The notes under the pieces: model-generated
Told to the model about the DNA's origin: nothing
The model's database searches: none
What the model saw: the letters and a program-made list of their open reading frames with translations, nothing else
Shown: positions 1 to 7,273 of the stretch, piece after piece
How the letters are laid out: every line of letters starts with the position of its first letter
Numbering within the stretch: position 1 is the stretch's first letter
Origin: Candidatus Methylomirabilis oxygeniifera
GTDB lineage: Bacteria > Methylomirabilota > Methylomirabilia > Methylomirabilales > Methylomirabilaceae
Assembly (NCBI GenBank): GCA_000091165.1
Contig: FP565575.1
Location: 540,001-572,000 of the forward strand
Length of the DNA stretch: 32,000 nt
Direction of reading: 5' to 3'
Translations under genes and position numbers: made by a program

Positions 1-31
1 TCCAATAGATGATAACCTCGTACTTGTTCAT
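1..31 (-). CDS. hicB: HicB-family antitoxin, first 10 codons only (continues beyond window start)
   Basis: ATG at 31-29 overlaps the hicA stop (ATGA). It reads [10 protein letters not shown], a typical HicB/UPF0150 N-terminus, and sits directly downstream of hicA. Confidence 0.5.
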   Translation of the reverse strand, partial: MNKYEVIIYW

Positions 32-282
32 TCCGCCTCACCTGCAAGTCCGTACGTCAGAATAACGTTTCGGACCTGCTTGACCTGATACGGCTTCGCC
101 TCGTGACCTTCACGCTGAAGGTTCAGTTTCTCCTCAATTCCTGCGCGGCGGAAAATATGATGACTCCCGCGAACGCGCATCTCGAACCCCAGGCTTGTCA
201 ACAGGTGGCAAAGGTCGTCGAAATCAAGATTTGCGTCGGACGTGCCGCTGAGGACACGACGAAGAACTTTGCCAGTGCTCAT
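28..282 (-). CDS. hicA: HicA-family mRNA interferase toxin
   Basis: 84-aa ORF with the HicA pattern (..[14 protein letters not shown].., ..[12 protein letters not shown]..). An overlapping hicB start follows. Confidence 0.85.
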
Positions 283-329
283 GCGACCATTCTACCTTGC
301 GAAAGAACTTCTGGCTCACTACGATTAGA

Positions 330-440
330 CTGGTCTGTATAGCACCCAGCCCAAGAATTCTTACGATATGCGGGATTGTCCTGCCGCCTCTCAGCCTTGT
401 CAATGGAATTTCAACGGGGGCTATAGGGACAAAGGCTGCC
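330..440. repeat. Copy 1 of a ~110-nt dispersed direct repeat (partner at 1644-1753)
   Basis: Aligns by eye with 1644-1753, with about 19 differences in ~111 positions. Shared blocks are ACGATATGCGGGATT, CTTGTCAA, GGAATTTCAAC and ATAGGGACAAAGGC. It lies upstream (minus-strand sense) of hicA. Confidence 0.8.
375..403 (-). promoter_or_regulatory. Candidate sigma70-type promoter inside repeat copy 1, reading toward hicAB
   Basis: The minus strand reads TTGACA (403-398), a 17-nt spacer, then GACAAT (380-375). The same geometry is conserved in copy 2. Confidence 0.35.
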
Positions 441-656
441 TTGTGCCTGACTACAAGGGGGAACGAGACGGGTTACGCGGGGTCAGCGGCTGCGTGAGAA
501 GCCCCCGTGATCTTCGTTCGGAGGAAGTGTCGGACACGTTTTCGCATCGCCGGCGTGATGGTAATATTTCGAGGCGGCCTACCGTGAAGTTAACCGGCGC
601 GGGCCACGACAACCAACATTGTGCCGGCGGAACACGGCGTCCGGGCAAACGCCGGG

Positions 657-950
657 TTAGGCCGCCGTGAGCCGCAGCTTGCCAACTTTGCCGAGCTTGA
701 GACGCTGTTTCGCTTGCCAGAGATCATGGTCGTTCTGCATAGCAAGCCAGCTCTCAGGAGAACGCCCGAGGGCCTTGGAGAGCCGCAGCGCCATTTCCGG
801 ACTGATACGGCTGGAGCCCACCAGAATACGATGCAATGTCGAAGGTGCCACACCGAGCTTTGCAGCCAGCTCCCGGCCGCTCAGGTTATTCGGCTCCAGA
901 TAGACCTGAGTGATGAACTCTCCGGGATGGGGTGGATTGTGCATAGCCAT
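657..950 (-). CDS. higA: HigA-family antitoxin (XRE helix-turn-helix)
   Basis: MAMHNPPHPGEFI..LSGRELAAKLGVAPSTLHRILVGSSRISPEMALRLSKALGRSPESWLAMQ matches the HigA/VapI antidote pattern. The ATG at 950-948 overlaps the stop of the upstream higB stump (TGATG). Confidence 0.85.
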   Translation of the reverse strand: MAMHNPPHPGEFITQVYLEPNNLSGRELAAKLGVAPSTLHRILVGSSRISPEMALRLSKALGRSPESWLAMQNDHDLWQAKQRLKLGKVGKLRLTAA

Positions 951-1055
951 CAATGATAATCCTCATAATCCAAGACGTAGGCGTGTCCGTCTTTGAATGC
1001 GAAGGTTACGCGCCGGTTCCCGTGCCCTTGTTGGCCCTCTCTCTATTCGCCTGCC
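950..1055 (-). pseudogene. higB: HigB-type toxin, C-terminal stump only
   Basis: The minus-strand frame reads ..NRRVTFAFKDGHAYVLDYEDYH*. Compare the intact HigB at 2508-2792, which ends ..QWRICFVWRGGNAYDVEITDYHG*. There is no N-terminal part or start codon, and it abuts the stop of the parE-like gene. Confidence 0.45.
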
Positions 1056-1353
1056 TCAACGGCGGCCGCGCCAATAGAAAGGGCGCCTCTTCTGGTGCGC
1101 TACCGCCAGTAGTCTGACCTCGTCAGGCCGAACGGAGTAAACCAGAGAGTATGGGAATCTGACGAGGGGTTTCTTCCGCACACGTCCGCGGACGAACTGA
1201 GCCGCTTCCGGGAGACTGAGAGATGCTCTCTGCGCCGCGTTCGACCTCGTCGATGAACACACTGCCGAGCCCCGGGTCTTCGAGGTCGTAGAAGTCGGCT
1301 GTTTCGTTGATCTCGACCTCGGCCGTCTCGTGGATCGAAAATCGTCGGCTCAT
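1056..1353 (-). pseudogene. RelE/ParE-family toxin with an apparent +1 frameshift near 1207-1211
   Basis: The N-terminal half (MSRRFSIHETAEVEINETADFYDLEDPGLGSVFIDEVERGAESISQSP) is in one frame. The C-terminal half (EAAQFVRGRVRKKPLVRFPYSLVYSVRPDEVRLLAVAHQKRRPFYW) is in the next frame. Joined they give a normal ParE-like toxin, so one extra base in the CCCGG run is inferred. Confidence 0.6.
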
Positions 1354-1574
1354 TTTCGGCGAGCCCGCGCCCGGGCAAGCACTTCGTCCGCCGGGTACGC
1401 GCGGGCCGCGCCACTGTCGAGTTCCTCATCGCGCCGAATCGCTTCGTCGATCCATAGCTTTTCAATTTCTGCCTCACTCAGTGCGTCTAAACTGGCGAGC
1501 AGTTCGCGAGCCAGACGCGCACGCGCTGCCGGATTCAGGCGAAGGGCCTCTTCTCTTAGTTCGTCAACGTTCAT
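1350..1574 (-). CDS. Putative addiction-module antitoxin (TIGR02574-like, pairs with RelE/ParE toxins)
   Basis: 74-aa ORF reading MNVDELREEALRLNPAARARLARELLASLD..EIEKLWIDEAIRRDEELDSG. GGAGG Shine-Dalgarno upstream; the stop overlaps the toxin start (ATGA). Confidence 0.7.
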   Translation of the reverse strand: MNVDELREEALRLNPAARARLARELLASLDALSEAEIEKLWIDEAIRRDEELDSGAARAYPADEVLARARARRK

Positions 1575-1643
1575 CTGCGCACCTCCAATTTCATTTGCGG
1601 TGTTCCTTATCGTCTTCTATTTTCCGGGCCAATTATGATTACG

Positions 1644-1753
1644 CTGGTCCGTACAACACAGCCCCAAAATTGCTCACGATATGCGGGATTTTCCTGCCGT
1701 TTCGCAGACTTGTCAACGGAATTTCAACAGGGCCCATAGGGACAAAGGCCGCC
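1644..1753. repeat. Copy 2 of the ~110-nt dispersed direct repeat
   Basis: See copy 1. It lies between the recombinase relic stop (1816-1818) and the antitoxin start (1574). Confidence 0.8.
1688..1716 (-). promoter_or_regulatory. Candidate sigma70-type promoter inside repeat copy 2, reading toward the antitoxin/parE-like operon
   Basis: The minus strand reads TTGACA (1716-1711), a 17-nt spacer, then GAAAAT (1693-1688). Confidence 0.35.
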
Positions 1754-1815
1754 CCGACGGTCGGCATAATCCTGATATGGCCGACCAATGCTGAGGTCGT
1801 GCGGGTGTGCACGGG

Positions 1816-1977
1816 CTACGGACTGCGAACCCCTCTGCTGCCTCGGTTCAACACATGGGTGTAGATCATCGTCGTACTGACATCCCGATAACCCAGCAAC
1901 TCCTGGACAGTGCGAATGTCATAGCCATCTTCGAGGCGATGTGTAGCAAAGGAATGGTGAACCTTACTGAAAATTGC
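1816..1977 (-). pseudogene. Tyrosine recombinase relic, C-terminal ~50 aa with integron-integrase (IntI)-type tail
   Basis: The minus strand reads ..[51 protein letters not shown]. This contains box II with the catalytic Tyr in IYTH, and the THVLNRGxxGVRSP ending is characteristic of IntI proteins. No upstream part of the gene is present. Confidence 0.6.
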
Positions 1978-2014
1978 GGCTGGGGGTGGCGAGGTTAGCG
2001 GTCACATTCGGTCG

Positions 2015-2160
2015 TCAGAGCCGATCGGCGATGAAGTAGACGACGCCGTGTTCGGCCTGCAGCGTCCCGGTGACGCCGAGGAGGGTAGCGGTCTTGGCCA
2101 GGGTGGCATAGCGCGCGAAGATCGTGGGTCAGAGGACGAGGTTCACGAATTTGGCAGGAA
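2015..2160 (-). pseudogene. Error-prone DNA polymerase DnaE2/ImuC relic, extreme C-terminus
   Basis: The minus strand reads ..FVNLVL*PTIFARYATLAKTATLLGVTGTLQAEHGVVYFIADRL*. This matches the DnaE2 C-terminal OB-fold pattern (NLvvWp..f.r.r......LLgV.G.lQ.e.gVvh.iA.rL). An in-frame TGA at 2129-2131 sits where Trp is expected. Confidence 0.45.
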
Positions 2161-2199
2161 GATCACTCGGAAGTCAAGCACCGGCGGCGGAGGCGAGGA

Positions 2200-2496
2200 T
2201 CACGCGACAGACTTGACTTCTTCCTCCAGCCGGTCGCCGATCAGCTCTTCTTGCACTTCCAGATCGTAGTGGCATTGGAGGTTGAGCCACAGCCTGGCAG
2301 AGGTACCAAAGTAACGGCCAAGGCGCAACGCCGTATCGGCACTGATCGAGCGCTTGCCGTGCACGATCTCATTGATCCGGCGGGGATCAACGTTAATGTC
2401 TCTCGCAAGCCTGTACTGGGAAATATTCATCGGCTTTAGGAACTCTTCCAGTAGGATTTCACCGGGATGAATGGGAGGGAAGTCTCTCTTCGCCAT
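2200..2496 (-). CDS. higA: HigA-family antitoxin (XRE helix-turn-helix)
   Basis: MAKRDFPPIHPGEILLEEFLKPMNISQYRLARDINVDPRRINEIVHGKRSISADTALRLGRYFGTSARLWLNLQ. GAGGTG Shine-Dalgarno before the ATG at 2496; immediately downstream of higB. Confidence 0.85.
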   Translation of the reverse strand: MAKRDFPPIHPGEILLEEFLKPMNISQYRLARDINVDPRRINEIVHGKRSISADTALRLGRYFGTSARLWLNLQCHYDLEVQEELIGDRLEEEVKSVA

Positions 2497-2507
2497 CGTG
2501 CTGCACC

Positions 2508-2792
2508 TCAACCGTGATAATCCGTTATCTCAACATCGTACGCGTTGCCACCGCGCCAGACAAAGCAGATGCGCCACTGATCATTGATTCGGATGCTGTG
2601 TTGCCCCACGCGATCACCTTTGAGTTTCTCCAATCGATTTCCAGGCGGCACTCTCAGCTCTGCTAAGCTTTCCGCCGCATTGAGCAGCAAGAGCTTCCTG
2701 GCACTTGGACTCCAGAGTTGGGCGGACAGCCGGCGTGAACGAAGGCCGCGAAAAACTCGCTCAGTCTCCTCATCTGCGAAGCTCTTGATCAT
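2508..2792 (-). CDS. higB: HigB-family toxin (RelE/ParE superfamily, plasmid maintenance killer protein)
   Basis: 94-aa ORF reading MIKSFADEETERVFRG...GDRVGQHSIRINDQWRICFVWRGGNAYDVEITDYHG, the classic HigB pattern. Confidence 0.85.
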   Translation of the reverse strand: MIKSFADEETERVFRGLRSRRLSAQLWSPSARKLLLLNAAESLAELRVPPGNRLEKLKGDRVGQHSIRINDQWRICFVWRGGNAYDVEITDYHG

Positions 2793-2800
2793 GCGCTGCC

Positions 2801-2829
2801 ATGATAGTGCGATGCGCTAATGGTGTCAA
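2801..2829 (-). promoter_or_regulatory. Candidate higBA promoter giving a near-leaderless transcript
   Basis: The minus strand reads TTGACA (2829-2824), a 17-nt spacer, then TATCAT (2806-2801). The higB ATG begins 8 nt after the -10 element. Confidence 0.4.
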
Positions 2830-3014
2830 GCGCAATGTAGCGTGGACAAATTACCGCCCAAGGGAATGCATCAGTTGCGCGATATTCCGTGGTATAGTGA
2901 GTATGGCAGCTAAGCGAGTGCCCCGGGTGGTTAAGTGGGTGTTGAGGTCTGGACTTCCCTTTATTAACGCGAGATATTGCTGATCTTCGGATGGCATCAA
3001 TGGTTGCACTGTAG

Positions 3015-5063
3015 ATGAGTTACGCGAGAGCAACATGGCGAGCGATAGTCGTTGCTCTTTTGATCAGCGTGACGCTCGGCGCGACCGCATGGGGCACGCC
3101 CCCGGCTCGCGAGGAGGATCTGCCGAACCTTTCACAACTGGCGATCTTTCAGCCCGGCGAGCCGAGCCTCCTCTATGATGATGAAGAAAGGGTATTCGGC
3201 TCGATTGTTCCGGAATACCGGATCTTTGTCCCGCTCTCCCGAATTCCTTTGAAGTTGCGACAGGCGATCATTGCTGCCGAGGACGCCCGCTTTTATGAGC
3301 ATGGGGCGCTTGATCTGCAAGGGATCGCCAGGGCGGCCGTGAGAAATCTGATGTCCGCGTCCGTAAAGGAAGGCGGCAGCACCATCACGCAGCAACTCGC
3401 CAAGACCCTGTTTTTGAGCCACGAGCGGACCATCGGACGCAAGGTCAAGGAGTTACAGCTTGCCGGCGAGCTCGAACAACGCTACACGAAGGATCAGATC
3501 CTGGAGATGTACCTGAATGCCATCTATTTTGGTCATGGGGCATATGGGGTCGAGGCGGCTGCGCGGATCTATTTCAGCAAAAGCGTGACAGGGCTCACCC
3601 TGTCGGAGGCCGCGCTGCTCGCGGGACTCGTCAGGGCGCCAGGCAGGTATTCGCCGCTGATCGATGTCAAGCGCGCGAAGGCGCGTCGGCAGTACGTGTT
3701 GAACCGGATGGTGGCAACGGGTGCGCTCAAACAGCCCCAGGCCCGTCGAGCGAACCTCACGCCCGTATCGGTTAATCCGATGTTTCGATCAAAGGGCATG
3801 GCGCCGTGGTTCATCGATTATGTCCGAGCACAACTGGATGAGCGCTTGGGCCAGACCCTGGTCCGGCAAGGGGGGCTGAAGATTTATACGACATTAAATG
3901 CCGGCATGCAACGGGCGGCAGTCAAGGCAATCAGCCGGGGCATTGGCGCGATCGCGCAACGGCGTAAGGAACAGACGGCCGGCGCAACGGCGACGCCTGA
4001 GGGGGCGCTGATTGCCCTTGATGCCAGGAGCGGCGAAATCAAGGCCTTGGTGGGCGGTTCTGATTACAGTCACAGTCAGTTTAACCGGGCGGTGCAGGCG
4101 AGGCGGCAGCCAGGCTCAGCTTTCAAGCCGTTTGTCTATGCGGCGGCGTTTGAGCGAGGGCTGACAGCCGCGACCATTTCCGACGATGCCCCCATCAGCT
4201 TTGAGATCGGTGCGGGGAGGCGAAGTGACACGTGGGCCCCTGAGAATGTGGACCGTAAGTATCGCGGGCCGGTGACGCTTCGTCAGGCGCTTGAAGAGTC
4301 GATCAATGTCCCCACGGTCCGCTTGATCGCCGCGATCGGGGTTGATCCGGTCATCGACCTTGCGAGGCGGCTCGGGATTACCTCGGAGCTGAGACGGGAG
4401 TACGCGATGGCCTTAGGCGTTTCAGAGGTGAGCCTCTTGGAGCTGACGTCGGCCTATCAGGCGTTCGCCAATCGCGGGACTTTGGCGCCGCCTTTTGCCA
4501 TCCGGCGCGTGGTGGGTCCTGGTGAGATCGTTATCGAAGAGCAGTTTCCTCAGCCGCAACAGGTCATGAGCGAGGAGGTTGCGTTTGTCCTGACCTCGGT
4601 CCTTGAGGGTGCGGTCGAACGCGGGACAGGTAAGGCCGCCCGGCGAATCGGGCGTCCGGTCGCCGCGAAGACCGGGACTACTCAGGCTGCGGAAGATCTT
4701 TGGTTTATCGGGTATACCCCAAGTGTTGTAGCCGGGGTCTGGCTGGGTTACGATCAACGTCGCTCAATCGGCTCTCACGAGACGGCCGGAAAGGTGGCCG
4801 CGCCCATCTGGGTCGATTTTGTAAAACAGAGCCTTGGCGACAGCCCTGTCGAACCCTTTCTCCCGCCTGAAGGGGTCGTTCGGGTGCTGATCAATCGAAA
4901 GACAGGCCAGCCGACCTCATCGGCCGATCCCGATGCCTTTGAGGAGTACGTCATCCGAGGGCAGGAAGATCTGCCGCCTCCAGCGCTGGCATTGCCGACG
5001 GCCAACGGCTCTTCGCTCAGGCCGAGCGACAACGCCGTCCTTCCGCCTCTTCCCGGCCAGTGA
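3015..5063 (+). CDS. mrcA: Class A penicillin-binding protein (PBP1A type; glycosyltransferase plus transpeptidase)
   Basis: N-terminal TM anchor. GT51 motifs EDARFYEH, GGSTITQQLAK and RKVKELQLAGELE. Transpeptidase motifs SAFKPF (SxxK), SIN (SxN) and KTGT. Confidence 0.9.
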   Translation: MSYARATWRAIVVALLISVTLGATAWGTPPAREEDLPNLSQLAIFQPGEPSLLYDDEERVFGSIVPEYRIFVPLSRIPLKLRQAIIAAEDARFYEHGALDLQGIARAAVRNLMSASVKEGGSTITQQLAKTLFLSHERTIGRKVKELQLAGELEQRYTKDQILEMYLNAIYFGHGAYGVEAAARIYFSKSVTGLTLSEAALLAGLVRAPGRYSPLIDVKRAKARRQYVLNRMVATGALKQPQARRANLTPVSVNPMFRSKGMAPWFIDYVRAQLDERLGQTLVRQGGLKIYTTLNAGMQRAAVKAISRGIGAIAQRRKEQTAGATATPEGALIALDARSGEIKALVGGSDYSHSQFNRAVQARRQPGSAFKPFVYAAAFERGLTAATISDDAPISFEIGAGRRSDTWAPENVDRKYRGPVTLRQALEESINVPTVRLIAAIGVDPVIDLARRLGITSELRREYAMALGVSEVSLLELTSAYQAFANRGTLAPPFAIRRVVGPGEIVIEEQFPQPQQVMSEEVAFVLTSVLEGAVERGTGKAARRIGRPVAAKTGTTQAAEDLWFIGYTPSVVAGVWLGYDQRRSIGSHETAGKVAAPIWVDFVKQSLGDSPVEPFLPPEGVVRVLINRKTGQPTSSADPDAFEEYVIRGQEDLPPPALALPTANGSSLRPSDNAVLPPLPGQ

Positions 5064-5109
5064 TCTACGTCCGGCATCCTTGTGCCGCCGCCGGCCCCGT
5101 AGATTTTGG

Positions 5110-5139
5110 TTGCGCAGCGATTCTATGTTTCGCTATAGT
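5110..5139 (+). promoter_or_regulatory. Possible tRNA-Glu promoter
   Basis: TTGCGC, an 18-nt spacer, then TATAGT (5134-5139), about 30 nt upstream of the tRNA 5' end. Confidence 0.3.
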
Positions 5140-5168
5140 AGACGGGTTATCCCACTGCTTTATCGCAT

Positions 5169-5244
5169 GGCCCCATCGTCTAGTGGCCTAGGACGCGGCC
5201 CTCTCAAGGCTGAAACACGGGTTCGAAGCCCGTTGGGGCCACCA
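5169..5244 (+). tRNA. tRNA-Glu (anticodon CUC), CCA encoded
   Basis: Hand-folded cloverleaf: acceptor GGCCCCA/TGGGGCC, D arm GTCT..GGAC, anticodon stem CGGCC/GGCTG with loop CTCTCAA, T arm ACGGG-TTCGAAG-CCCGT, then ACCA. The D-arm sequence TCGTCTAGTGGCCTAGGAC is typical of tRNA-Glu. Confidence 0.85.
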
Positions 5245-5431
5245 ATGATGTCAGGTGGTTGCGAAGCCTGCCTATTTCTGAAGAAGTCTCCGGTGTCCAC
5301 AACATGAGTACCCTGACGCAGCGGACGGTGAGTGAGCGTGGCCACGCGGTCTCGTTGTAGCGCTTCGCTCGGTGAATCGGTGCGGCCGGCCTCAGCGTGA
5401 CGACATCATAGATCGATCATTCTACTGAGCT

Positions 5432-5878
5432 ATGCTCGACACACTCATCACACGTTACGATTGGTATGACCACCCGGAGGGGGTGAAATTCGTCGAGACC
5501 CATCGCGATGAACATCGGACCTCCGGCCATTGGTTGTTGCTCCCCGGAACATTTTCAGCATTTCATCGTGTCCTCAACAACGAAGAGCTCTGGTATATTC
5601 ATCACGGTAGAATTACGCTTCACATCATCGATACGAGAGGCAGTCTCCTATCGCTTATATTGGGAGGCGATGTTGCTAGGGGCGAATACCCGGTGATCTC
5701 GGTCCCGAAGAACTGTTGGCAAGCGGCTGAAATCGACGAGCGCGTGCCCTATGCATTTGGATCGGTCGTATGTGCGCCGCCGTTTCGGTTTGAACTCTTC
5801 GAGATCGGTCATCGTTGCGGTCTTATTGAGGAATTCCCTCAGCATGCGGAAGTAATTAGTCGATTCACCTTGCCCTGA
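5432..5878 (+). CDS. Cupin superfamily protein, DUF985 family
   Basis: HPEG..F.ET.R, S.FHRVLNNEELWYIHHG and C.PPFRFELFE match the DUF985 cupin pattern. Confidence 0.7.
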   Translation: MLDTLITRYDWYDHPEGVKFVETHRDEHRTSGHWLLLPGTFSAFHRVLNNEELWYIHHGRITLHIIDTRGSLLSLILGGDVARGEYPVISVPKNCWQAAEIDERVPYAFGSVVCAPPFRFELFEIGHRCGLIEEFPQHAEVISRFTLP

Positions 5879-5950
5879 CCATTTCGGTCGAGCACGTCGT
5901 GGAACCCGTTCATTCCGCGAGCGGCGAATGCTGGACGCCAACGTGTTCAT

Positions 5951-6562
5951 TTACGCCTGTACGTGTGGGGGATCGGCCGGTGGACTGTGCAGATGTTGCT
6001 GCAGCTCAAGTAGCGCAAAAACATTCGGATGAACCTTTAATCCTTTTTGCCCCAGCGCGCGAAGACGATCGCCCAGTGTCGCCGGATCGAAATGACCAGG
6101 AAGGATCTCGCGATCGAAGAGCCCCCGCACCTCATTCGTGATTGCTCTGATCCGTAACCACCCACGCAGGTGATACACCGTAAAACCTATCAGGGGTATA
6201 ATCAACACCCACCTGTTAACAGCTTGAAAGGTTGAGCCGGATGGGGATGGGGAGAGCGCATACATGATACTCACTATCCACACCGTGATAAACCCAGCGT
6301 AAACGATTCCAGGTCCGGCTTGCGGGAATCTTCGGATCAAAAATCCACCCGGCTGTAAGCCGGTCCGGGCGAATCGCTGAAGAGGAGCATATTCCGAGTT
6401 CAGCAAATGATAGAGGAGCTGCCGGTTGCGATCGAGGCTGTGAAGCTCCGGGGAGTCTAGGTACGACTGAACCAGGTTTTCAATCCGTTGACTTTCGTGC
6501 AGATACTTAAACTCACAGTCGCGTAATCCTCCGAGCTCTTTGTTGAATGCGCGATGATCCAT
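5951..6562 (-). CDS. Hypothetical membrane protein (two predicted TM helices), no recognisable family
   Basis: Start chosen at the internal ATG (6562-6560), which is preceded by GGAG. Hydrophobic segments are GIVYAGFITVWIVSIMYAL and WVLIIPLIGFTVYHL. The longer ORF to 6682 has an implausible Arg/Thr-rich leader. Confidence 0.5.
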   Translation of the reverse strand: MDHRAFNKELGGLRDCEFKYLHESQRIENLVQSYLDSPELHSLDRNRQLLYHLLNSEYAPLQRFARTGLQPGGFLIRRFPQAGPGIVYAGFITVWIVSIMYALSPSPSGSTFQAVNRWVLIIPLIGFTVYHLRGWLRIRAITNEVRGLFDREILPGHFDPATLGDRLRALGQKGLKVHPNVFALLELQQHLHSPPADPPHVQA

Positions 6563-6934
6563 AGGGACTCCGTGATTCGTTTCGCTCGTATGACCGCATA
6601 GAAAGACAGGCGCCCGTAACGGACCTGACCTGCCCGTGGCGTGTGTTGCGTTCGTTCTAGCACAGGCCCTCTGACGCGTCAAGCGCTAGACTCGCGCTGC
6701 GCGTGCAACCGGGAAGATAGTCGATGGAGTCAATCGGCATTTCCAGCAGAGTCTGTCAAGCGGAAACCTGCGGAAAGGCGAGCCGCAGCCATTAGTGGTT
6801 GATTTCAGACCACGTTCCAGTGTGTCGGCTTTGTGGAGACCACGTTGAATTCGGGAGGGCACCTCACTTAATTCAGGGACTTGGGGGTGGCGGGATTCAG
6901 GATGGTGTCCCCGTAATTCTCTGCTTCACGCCTC

Positions 6935-6964
6935 TTGACAAGCTGTATATTATTGCAATATACA
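6935..6964 (+). promoter_or_regulatory. Candidate brnTA promoter with overlapping palindromic operator
   Basis: TTGACA (6935-6940), an 18-nt spacer, then TATACA (6959-6964). A perfect 8-bp inverted repeat, TGTATATT-ATTGC-AATATACA (6944-6964), covers the spacer and -10. The ATG at 6971 is only 6 nt downstream. Confidence 0.4.
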
Positions 6965-6970
6965 TGATAT

Positions 6971-7273
6971 ATGGATGCCTACGAGCGGCTGGCCAGGTGT
7001 ACAGGGTTCGATTGGGACGAGGGCAATGTACTCAAGAATTGGGTAAAACACCGCGTGACGGCTGCAGAGTGTGAGCAGATATTTTTCAATTGCCCTTTGG
7101 TTGTTACCGAGGATGTAGGGCATTCCCAAGCTGAGGGCCGAATGTATGCTCTTGGCCAAACAGATGGTGGGGAACTTCTGTTGGTGGTCTTTACCTTTCG
7201 ACGTAATCTGATCCGCGTTATTTCGGCGCGTGGAATGAGCAAGAAGGAGCGAAAGGAGTACGAGGTGTCATGA
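6971..7273 (+). CDS. brnT: BrnT-family ribonuclease toxin (DUF497)
   Basis: FDWDEGNVLKNWVKHRVTAAECEQIF...LLLVVFTFRRNLIRVISARGMSKKERKEY matches the BrnT/DUF497 pattern. Overlaps the downstream antitoxin by 4 nt. Confidence 0.8.
   Translation: MDAYERLARCTGFDWDEGNVLKNWVKHRVTAAECEQIFFNCPLVVTEDVGHSQAEGRMYALGQTDGGELLLVVFTFRRNLIRVISARGMSKKERKEYEVS

Noticed and set aside
330-1753. The two 110-nt repeats as integron attC (or attI) sites
   Set aside because: By eye I could not find the R''/L''-L'/R' inverted-repeat architecture, or RYYYAAC / GTTRRRY cores, at the repeat ends or at cassette boundaries. The nearest strings are GTTGAAA, GTTGACA and GTTGAGG, and all miss the consensus. The idea is kept only as something for HattCI/IntegronFinder to test.
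297-1864. Plus-strand ORFs 297-497, 368-670 and 1307-1864, whose translations share ..LTICGI.LP...[14 protein letters not shown]..
   Set aside because: The shared peptide is simply the translation of the 110-nt DNA repeat. The ORFs overlap confident minus-strand TA genes and have no start or Shine-Dalgarno context.
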